Below are positions 57,227 through 64,000 of a stretch of DNA of 64,000 nucleotides, piece after piece; positions within the stretch are counted from its first letter, which is position 1; each line of letters opens with the position of its first letter. The notes under the pieces are model-generated. The model worked only from the letters and a program-made list of their open reading frames with translations, was not told where the DNA came from and did not search any database. The position numbers and the translations under genes are program-made. The DNA comes from Elusimicrobiaceae bacterium. GTDB taxonomy: Bacteria > Elusimicrobiota > Elusimicrobia > Elusimicrobiales > Elusimicrobiaceae. The stretch is taken from positions 26,033 to 90,032 of the forward strand of contig JAFXOI010000031.1 in the NCBI GenBank assembly GCA_017528825.1, written 5' to 3'.

Positions 57227-58597
57227 ATGTCTGTCAGTAAAAAAGTGCCACCAGCTTCTATAAAAGAATTGTGGCTTTTGTCTTATCCTTTAATTATTAC
57301 CATGGCTGCCCAAGTAATCATGCAGTTTGTGGACCGCATGTTTTTGTCTTGGTATAGTCACGAGGCTTTGGCCGCGTGCGTTCCGGCCGGCATTTTGGCT
57401 TTGACATTTGCCTCTTTATTTATGGGGCTGGCCAGTTACACAGGTGTTTTTATTTCTCAATATCAGGCACGCAAAAAATTTGCTTCCGTAAGCGTTTCTT
57501 TGTGGCAAGGTATTTTGTTAGCGGGGTTATCTGCCATTGTGTTGGCGGCATTAACTCCGGTGGGAAATTGGTTAATCCGTGGGTTTAAGCACGGGGCGAT
57601 GATAACCCCATTAGAAATTACCTATTTTTCGATTTTGAATTTATTTGGCGGATTTGCTGTGGTGAACAATGCACTGGCCAGTTTTTTCAGCGGACGAGGG
57701 AAAACAAAAATCTCGATGTGGGTCACTTTAAGTGGAAATCTATTGAATATTTTGTTGGACTATGTACTGATTTTTGGCAAATTTGGCTTTCCGGCTATGG
57801 GAGTGGGCGGAGCAGCCTGGGCGACGGTATGGAGCTGTGTATTTATGACGCTGTTGTTTGGAGTATTAATTTTCGCGGGCCGGACGGGCAAAACTTATAA
57901 GCTGGGCAAATTGGCCGGATTTTATAAACCGGTTTTTTCCAGACTTTTGCGTTACGGGGTGCCCAACGGCTTTGGTTTTTTAATGGATGTGATGTCTTTT
58001 ACCTTATTTACGTTTATGATTGGAAATATCGATGTGATTTCTCTGCAGGCCAGTAATATTATTATGTCTTTACAACCGGTGGTATTTATGGTTATTTTAG
58101 GATTAGGAATCGGAATTCAAATTTTGGTGAGTAAATATCAAGGATTAAATAAACCGGAATTAAGCATACAGGTTGTGAAAAATGCCTGCAAAATCGGCTA
58201 TAGTTACGCCGCAACCGTAGGATTGTTATTTTTCTGTTTTTCCTCTTTCTTTGTAGGGCTTTTTATTACGCCGCAATCTTCCAATGCCGCAGAGATTGTG
58301 GCCAAAGCATTACCGCTGATGAAACTAATCAGCGCGTTTGTGCTCATGGATGCTACCTATTTGATTTTCGCAGAGGCTTTGCGCGGAGCCGGAGATACGC
58401 GCTTTTATATGCTGGTGATGCTGACGTGTGCATGGGGGTTGTTAATCCCCGGGACATGGGTGCTGGTGTACGTGTGGCACAGTAGTGTATTTGCGGTGTG
58501 GAGTTGGCTTACTTTCTATGCGGGACTCACGGCAATACTCATGCTGGCACGTTTCCTGCAAGGCAAGTGGAAACATATTCGTATTACCGGCCAATAG
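57227..58597 (+). CDS. MATE family efflux transporter
   Basis: About 12 TMs, LSYPLI, FFSGRGKT, LNILLDYVLIFG, GVGGAAWAT, ALRGAGDT. Confidence 0.92.
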   Translation: MSVSKKVPPASIKELWLLSYPLIITMAAQVIMQFVDRMFLSWYSHEALAACVPAGILALTFASLFMGLASYTGVFISQYQARKKFASVSVSLWQGILLAGLSAIVLAALTPVGNWLIRGFKHGAMITPLEITYFSILNLFGGFAVVNNALASFFSGRGKTKISMWVTLSGNLLNILLDYVLIFGKFGFPAMGVGGAAWATVWSCVFMTLLFGVLIFAGRTGKTYKLGKLAGFYKPVFSRLLRYGVPNGFGFLMDVMSFTLFTFMIGNIDVISLQASNIIMSLQPVVFMVILGLGIGIQILVSKYQGLNKPELSIQVVKNACKIGYSYAATVGLLFFCFSSFFVGLFITPQSSNAAEIVAKALPLMKLISAFVLMDATYLIFAEALRGAGDTRFYMLVMLTCAWGLLIPGTWVLVYVWHSSVFAVWSWLTFYAGLTAILMLARFLQGKWKHIRITGQ

Positions 58598-58704
58598 AAT
58601 TAATTGTCTTAATTAAATTATAAAAAATCCTTTTCAGGGGCGTGCTATTTATGCTAAAATAATCAGGAAGGCGTTTTTGCCCCTACTTTTTTAGAGGAAG
58701 AAAT

Positions 58705-59061
58705 ATGAAAGAAAAAATACATCCGAAATATGATTTTGTTGAAGCGGTCTGCGCGTGCGGCAACAAATTTATGACGCGTTCTACCGTCAAAACCTTAAAA
58801 TTAGATATTTGCGCAGCCTGCCACCCGTTTTTTACCGGTAAGCAGAAATTGTTAGATACGGAAGGTATGGTAGAGAAATTTAATAAACGCTTTGCTTCTA
58901 CGTCCGGCAAAACCGTAACTCGCAAGCCGAAAACGGAAGTCAAAGCAAAAGCCAAATTAGCTAACAAGGCTGTCATGAAAAAAGCCGCTGCTGCTAAAAA
59001 AGCCCCCAAGGCTGTAGCTCCGGCGAAAAAAGCCCCAAAAGCTGAAAAAGCTGCTAAATAG
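58705..59061 (+). CDS. rpmE: 50S ribosomal protein L31 (Zn-binding type) with Lys/Ala-rich tail
   Basis: [33 protein letters not shown], then an AK-rich extension. Confidence 0.95.
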   Translation: MKEKIHPKYDFVEAVCACGNKFMTRSTVKTLKLDICAACHPFFTGKQKLLDTEGMVEKFNKRFASTSGKTVTRKPKTEVKAKAKLANKAVMKKAAAAKKAPKAVAPAKKAPKAEKAAK

Positions 59062-59073
59062 CAACGAAATTTG

Positions 59074-59109
59074 AAAAAACAGACTCTCATTTCGGGGGTC
59101 TGTTTTTTT
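59074..59109 (+). terminator. Terminator-like hairpin after rpmE
   Basis: AAAAAACAGACTCT...GGGGTCTGTTTTTTT. Confidence 0.7.
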
Positions 59110-59132
59110 ATTACAGTCCACGAGGATAATAT

Positions 59133-60191
59133 ATGGATACCGCTAAGTATTTAGAAGAATATAACACATTGGAAAAAGAGCTGATGAGCGGCAATTTATC
59201 ACCTAAAGAACTCATGGAAAAATCCAAACGCCATGCATTCTTAAAACCCATTGTTGAAAAAGAAAATGAAATCAATACGGTACTTTCCAGCATAGAAGGA
59301 GACCGCGAAATTATCAAAGACGGGTCCGATAAAGAAATGGCCGCGCTGGCTGCAGAAGAATTGGCCGAACTGGAAGCTAAATTGCCGGTTTTGCAACAAG
59401 AATTGCGCGTTCTTGTTATTCCGCCAGACCCTAATGACAGCAAAAGTATTTATTTAGAAATCCGTCCCGGTGCGGGAGGTGAGGAATCGGCTTTGTTTGC
59501 CGCGGAATTATTGCGCGTGTATCAACATTTTGCCGATGCCAAGGGTTGGAAAACCGAGCTGCTGGAATATACCCCGACCGGTTTGAAAGGATGTAAATAC
59601 GTCAGCATGTTTATCAAGGGGGAAGGGGCCTACTCGTGGCTACGTGATGAAGCCGGCACACACCGTGTACAACGCGTGCCCGATACGGAAACCTCCGGCC
59701 GCGTGCATACCTCTACCGTAACGGTAGCCATTATGCCGGAAGCGGAAGATATTGATATTGAAATTAAGCCGGAAGATTTGGAACTGGAGACCTGCCGCAG
59801 TGGCGGAGCGGGCGGACAGAACGTTAACAAAGTAGAAACCGCGGTGCGTATTATCCACAAACCTACCGGAGTGGTGGTTTCGTGTCGTGAGGAGCGCAGC
59901 CAAGGCAAAAACCGCGAGAAAGCGATGGCTATGCTCAAGGCCAAACTCTATCAGATAGAAGAAGAAAAGCGTAATAAAGAAATTTACGACGCGCGCAAAA
60001 GCCAAGTGGGCACCGGTGACCGCAGTGAAAAAATACGCACCTATAACTTTCCGCAAAGCCGCGTGACCGATCACCGCGTTGATAAAAACTACCATAATTT
60101 GGCTGAAATTATGGAAGGAAATATTACTGAAATTTTGGAAGATTTGCGCAAGTTGCGTGTAGAAGAAAAATTGAAAAATTTACAATTATAG
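59133..60191 (+). CDS. prfA: Peptide chain release factor 1
   Basis: PxT ([14 protein letters not shown]), [22 protein letters not shown]. Confidence 0.96.
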   Translation: MDTAKYLEEYNTLEKELMSGNLSPKELMEKSKRHAFLKPIVEKENEINTVLSSIEGDREIIKDGSDKEMAALAAEELAELEAKLPVLQQELRVLVIPPDPNDSKSIYLEIRPGAGGEESALFAAELLRVYQHFADAKGWKTELLEYTPTGLKGCKYVSMFIKGEGAYSWLRDEAGTHRVQRVPDTETSGRVHTSTVTVAIMPEAEDIDIEIKPEDLELETCRSGGAGGQNVNKVETAVRIIHKPTGVVVSCREERSQGKNREKAMAMLKAKLYQIEEEKRNKEIYDARKSQVGTGDRSEKIRTYNFPQSRVTDHRVDKNYHNLAEIMEGNITEILEDLRKLRVEEKLKNLQL

Positions 60192-60208
60192 TATTGTACA
60201 ATGTGTGT

Positions 60209-61183
60209 ATGAAGCAAATCCCCAACGTGCACGAATTAAAAAATATTTTGGTCTGCCGCGGCGAAGGATCCCTCGGGGATGCTATTGTGTCTTCGTGTTG
60301 TTACCGGGAAATTAAAAAGGCCAATCCGCACATTAAAATTACGGTAGCGTGTTTTGGCCCGTCCTATCCTTATTTTCAATATAATGCTTACGTAGATGAA
60401 GTGATTAAACTGCCGGTGCGCACCTTAATACGTCCCAATCAACGATGGATCTCTTTAATAGGGGCCGCTCTTAAATTACGTCGGAAACATTTTGATTTAG
60501 TATTAGATAGTTCGCGTAAAAAGTTTTGGAATTGGCGCCTGTTCAAATGGATTACAGGGGGGGATAAAGTGCTGGATTGTTTTACCAGTCCCGTGCAACC
60601 TTTTGGTGCCTTTGCCGAACACGCCAGCCAGCACGAGCAAGCCATCCTAAAATTACTTGGAATTGAGCATCCGGATGCCTCCTATGATTTGCCTGTTCCG
60701 CCGCAGACTCAATCTCAGGTAGATAGTTGGCTAACCGGTACTCATATTCAATCGTATATTTTGCTTAATCCGTCCGGTTCCATATCGGCGCGGCGTTTTT
60801 CCAAAGAAACTTTACATACCTTGGTAAAATCGTTAACAGAGTTAAACCGCCCTTTTGTAGTGCCGACTGTACCCGCCCAGCGGGCAATGTGGGTGGAAAT
60901 TTTTGCTGATTTGCCACAAGTGCACGTCAAGCAAACAGCGGATATTTTTGAATTATTCGAGCTGGTACGGCGGGCAGAATTGGTAGTTACGCCCGATACT
61001 TCCGTTGTGCATTTGGCGGCAGGATATCATCGCCCTACGCTGGGGGTTTACAATCGTTTCTCCAAATATAATGCCCCTCTCAACCCCAAAGCCGTGATTG
61101 TGCGTACCGCTCCCGAAACGGTGAATAAGTTTTCGTTGGAACAATTACAGCAAGCTGTGGAGCAAGTGAAAAAAATGTTATGA
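60209..61183 (+). CDS. Glycosyltransferase family 9 (heptosyltransferase-like)
   Basis: GSLGDAI, LRRKHFDLVLD, LLNPSGS, VVTPDTSVVHLAAG. Confidence 0.85.
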   Translation: MKQIPNVHELKNILVCRGEGSLGDAIVSSCCYREIKKANPHIKITVACFGPSYPYFQYNAYVDEVIKLPVRTLIRPNQRWISLIGAALKLRRKHFDLVLDSSRKKFWNWRLFKWITGGDKVLDCFTSPVQPFGAFAEHASQHEQAILKLLGIEHPDASYDLPVPPQTQSQVDSWLTGTHIQSYILLNPSGSISARRFSKETLHTLVKSLTELNRPFVVPTVPAQRAMWVEIFADLPQVHVKQTADIFELFELVRRAELVVTPDTSVVHLAAGYHRPTLGVYNRFSKYNAPLNPKAVIVRTAPETVNKFSLEQLQQAVEQVKKML

Positions 61184-62022
61184 GCCATACCCGCGCTGCC
61201 TTACTACAAAGAGCTATTTCTCAACTGACACAAGCCGGCACACCGCAACCACAGGCGGAAGCAGAATTTTTATTGGCGGCGGCTCAGCATACCACACGTA
61301 CACGCGTATTGGCTTTTAGCCAGCAAGAAGTTACTGCTACAGAAGCCGAAACATTTTGGCATTTTATTGAACAGAAGGAAAAGGGGGTTCCGGTTGCTTA
61401 TATTACGGGAGAAGCTGATTTTGGCGGTTTGTTATTGCGTAGCGACCCGCGTGCCTTAGCCCCCAGACCGGAAACGGAAGAATTGGCTCAGTATTGTGCC
61501 GGTTTATTTGAAAAGGGGGCAGACCCCGCCATTTTGGATTTGTGTACGGGCAGTGGTTGCATTGCTTTATATTTAGCGGCTAAATTACCGCAGGCACAAG
61601 TAACGGGGGTAGATCTGTCCGCAGAAGCCTTGCAACTGGCATCGGAAAATGCCCGTTTGACTAAGTTGCAAGAAAGAGTAATCTGGTTACAAAGTGATTT
61701 GTTTGAACAGGTCAGCGGACGTTTTGATTTAATTGTTTCCAATCCGCCGTATATTGCCAGCGACGAAATTGCGCAATTATCCGCCGAAGTTAAGCAGGAA
61801 CCGCGGATGGCCTTAGACGGTGGAGAGGATGGATTGGATATGATCCGGCGAATAATCAGTTTAGCGCCCGATTATCTAAATGCACGCGGTACATTAGCTT
61901 TGGAAATCGGCGCCGGACAGGCAGATAAGGTATGTGCTTTATTTGACGGTAAACGTTGGGATGGTGGTGTGAAAAAAGATTTTGCAGGTATCGAGCGTTT
62001 TGTATTTGCGCGACTTAGATAA
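61180..62022 (+). CDS. prmC: Release factor glutamine methyltransferase
   Basis: PVAYITG, LAPRPETE, LDLCTGSGCIA, VSNPPY, GGEDGLD. Confidence 0.95.
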   Translation: MSHTRAALLQRAISQLTQAGTPQPQAEAEFLLAAAQHTTRTRVLAFSQQEVTATEAETFWHFIEQKEKGVPVAYITGEADFGGLLLRSDPRALAPRPETEELAQYCAGLFEKGADPAILDLCTGSGCIALYLAAKLPQAQVTGVDLSAEALQLASENARLTKLQERVIWLQSDLFEQVSGRFDLIVSNPPYIASDEIAQLSAEVKQEPRMALDGGEDGLDMIRRIISLAPDYLNARGTLALEIGAGQADKVCALFDGKRWDGGVKKDFAGIERFVFARLR

Positions 62023-62034
62023 TAGGAGAAAACT

Positions 62035-63306
62035 ATGGATCGATTTTTAGTAGAAGGCGGAACAAAATTAATGGGAACAGTACAAATTAGCGGATCTAAA
62101 AATGCGTGTTTGCCTATTTTGATGGCTTCGTTACTTACCGATGATCCTTTTGTGCTACACCGCGTTCCGAACCTGCGTGATGTGCGCACGACTCTTAAAA
62201 TTTTAACAGCGCTTGGCAAAAGTGTATCTTATGAAAAAGGCACGGTAACGATTACAGCTAGTGGGCCTTTGAAAAATACCCTCCCTTATGAGTTGGTCAA
62301 GCAAATGCGGGCCAGTTTTTGGGTGGCGGGGCCCTTGCTGGCACGATTCAAAGCGGCCGAAATTCCTTTGCCGGGCGGTTGTGCCTTGGGGGCTCGACCG
62401 GTAGATATTCACTTGAAAGGATTTGAAAAATTAGGAGCGCACTGTACTACCGAACGCGGAAATGTGGTGCTGTCTGCTAAAGAATTGCATCCGGCACATA
62501 TTACTTTGCGTTTTCCCAGTGTGGGGGCTACGCAAAATTTGATGATGTGTGCGGCCTTGCTACCTGGCGAAACGATATTAGAAAACGTAGCCAAAGAACC
62601 GGAAATTGAAGACTTGGCGAGTGTGTTGCGTAAAATGGGAGCCAGCGTTGACAATGACGGTAAAGGGAGGCTGGTTATTGGCGGACAGGCCGTGTTGCAC
62701 GGAACAGAACACACGGTTGTGGCAGATCGTATTGAAAGCGGCAGTTACATGCTGGCTGCGGCCGCTACGCGAGGAGACGTGCGAGTAGAAGGATGTGTGC
62801 CCGAACACAATGCTATGCTGCTAGATTGTATGCAGGAAGCGGGTATTCCCTTGGAAATTGGACCGAATTTTGTGCATGTCAAACCGTATGATACGCCATT
62901 AAAACCGCTGCGTATTAAAACGGCCCCTTATCCAGGGTTTGCTACGGATTTGCAAGCCCCGTGGGTGGCTTTGATGACGTTAGCAGACGGAACTGCTGAA
63001 GTAGATGAAGATATTTTTGAAAACCGTTTTATGCACGCACCCGAACTTAATCGTATGGGAGCACAAATTCTAACGGAAAAAAGTATTGCCCGTATTACCG
63101 GTGTGAAACAATTGTCCGGGGCAAGGGTGATGTCTTCGGATTTGCGCGGCGGTTTTGCCCTGTTAATAGCGGGATTATGTGCACAAGGCACGACTGAAAT
63201 TGAACGCGTATATCATATTGACCGTGGCTACGAAAATCCGGAAGGTAAACTAAACGCTTTGGGAGCTCGTGTGAAACGGTACAACCCGGATAAAGATGAC
63301 TTTTAA
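62035..63306 (+). CDS. murA: UDP-N-acetylglucosamine 1-carboxyvinyltransferase
   Basis: SGSKNACLP, MRAS, PGGCALGARPVD, SVGATQN, YPGFATD, DLRGG, IDRGY. Confidence 0.97.
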   Translation: MDRFLVEGGTKLMGTVQISGSKNACLPILMASLLTDDPFVLHRVPNLRDVRTTLKILTALGKSVSYEKGTVTITASGPLKNTLPYELVKQMRASFWVAGPLLARFKAAEIPLPGGCALGARPVDIHLKGFEKLGAHCTTERGNVVLSAKELHPAHITLRFPSVGATQNLMMCAALLPGETILENVAKEPEIEDLASVLRKMGASVDNDGKGRLVIGGQAVLHGTEHTVVADRIESGSYMLAAAATRGDVRVEGCVPEHNAMLLDCMQEAGIPLEIGPNFVHVKPYDTPLKPLRIKTAPYPGFATDLQAPWVALMTLADGTAEVDEDIFENRFMHAPELNRMGAQILTEKSIARITGVKQLSGARVMSSDLRGGFALLIAGLCAQGTTEIERVYHIDRGYENPEGKLNALGARVKRYNPDKDDF

Positions 63307-64000
63307 CACTTTTTTTACAGACTTGTTCAACCGGATCGGGCCCGTTTATGGTGCGGGCCCGACCGCTTTTAAGCGTTTGCTGGAGCGTTTGGGAAATCCG
63401 CAAGAGCGTTATTCAATTATTCATGTGGCGGGCACCAACGGCAAAGGAAGTGTCTGCTATGCAACTGCACAAGTATTGCATTCTGCAGGGTACCGGACGG
63501 GTTTATTTATTTCTCCTCACTTACATAGCCCTACCGAGCGTATTCAAATCAATGGTCGGTGTATTTCTAAAAAAACTCTTATGAAACTTTGCCAACAAGT
63601 ATTGGCGGCGGAAGAAGAAAAATTGAATTTTTTTGAAATTTTAACGGCGGTGGCTTTTCTGTATTTTGCCGAGCAGAAAGCCGTTTATGTGGTGTTGGAA
63701 ACCGGATTAGGCGGGCGAAAAGATCCAACCAATATATGTCGGCCGGTAGTATGTGTGATTACTTCCATTGGACTGGATCATTGTGCTGTACTGGGAAATT
63801 CATTGGCACAAATCGCCCGTGAAAAAGCAGGCATTATCAAACGAAAAGTCCCCGTTTTTTGTTCGGTGCTTCCCGTACAAGCTGCGTTAGAAATTAGGCA
63901 AGCGGCTCAAAGAAAACAGGCCCCGTTGTCTGTCGTGCGTGTTGGGCAACCTTTTCGCTTGAAAGATATTTGTTGGCAGAAAGGACAGCTACGTTTGCAA
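63296..64000 (+). CDS. folC: Folylpolyglutamate synthase/dihydrofolate synthase, 3' truncated (absent from the ORF track)
   Basis: Frame open from ATG 63296 to the window end: LGNPQ, HVAGTNGKGS, SPHL, ETGLGGRKDPTN, SIGLDH, EKAGII. Confidence 0.93.
   Translation, partial: MTFNTFFTDLFNRIGPVYGAGPTAFKRLLERLGNPQERYSIIHVAGTNGKGSVCYATAQVLHSAGYRTGLFISPHLHSPTERIQINGRCISKKTLMKLCQQVLAAEEEKLNFFEILTAVAFLYFAEQKAVYVVLETGLGGRKDPTNICRPVVCVITSIGLDHCAVLGNSLAQIAREKAGIIKRKVPVFCSVLPVQAALEIRQAAQRKQAPLSVVRVGQPFRLKDICWQKGQLRLQ

Noticed and set aside
63348-63584. 78-aa ORF after murA
   Set aside because: Wrong frame. The real gene is folC starting at 63296 and running off the window.
1-64000. CRISPR array, transposases, integrases, prophage
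   Set aside because: No regularly spaced 25-45 nt direct repeats and no DDE, tyrosine/serine recombinase or phage structural motifs were seen.

Overview
Bacterial chromosomal window, almost entirely + strand. No transposase, integrase, phage gene, CRISPR array, rRNA or tRNA was recognised. The MKKGFTLIELLVVVLIIGIL...PQY pilin and overall gene style suggest an Elusimicrobium-like organism (inference, no search run). Housekeeping genes flank the window: addA-like, ybaB, trpS, scpAB, glgA, ftsX-envC-ctpA and tsaD on the left; rsmA, csp, rpmE, prfA, prmC, murA and folC on the right. The centre (about 16.6-53.3 kb) is an unusual surface-structure/secretion locus. It starts with a signal-less solute-binding protein and a GAF-GGDEF diguanylate cyclase, followed by a structured leader and a 1658-aa FlgD-Ig-repeat protein ending in a T9SS-like C-terminal domain, paired with a PorV-family barrel. 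Next is a divergent Tad (type IVc) pilus set: stand-alone minimal secretin, CpaE-CpaF fusion, TadB with an extra exported domain, and six Flp/TadE/TadG pilins. A CPYG thioredoxin-fold protein and an embedded phosphorelay follow, then an array of five Gly/Ala/Ser-rich membrane-anchored or pilin-like proteins, at least three of which share a motif and two of which end in pore-former-like hydrophobic helices. This Tad + PorV/CTD + cargo-array combination is the best candidate for an undescribed system. Smaller signals include a T12 tract in a pilin promoter spacer (likely phase variation), four apparently leaderless genes and several structured intergenic RNAs. Family assignments come from motifs read by eye; functions are hypotheses.
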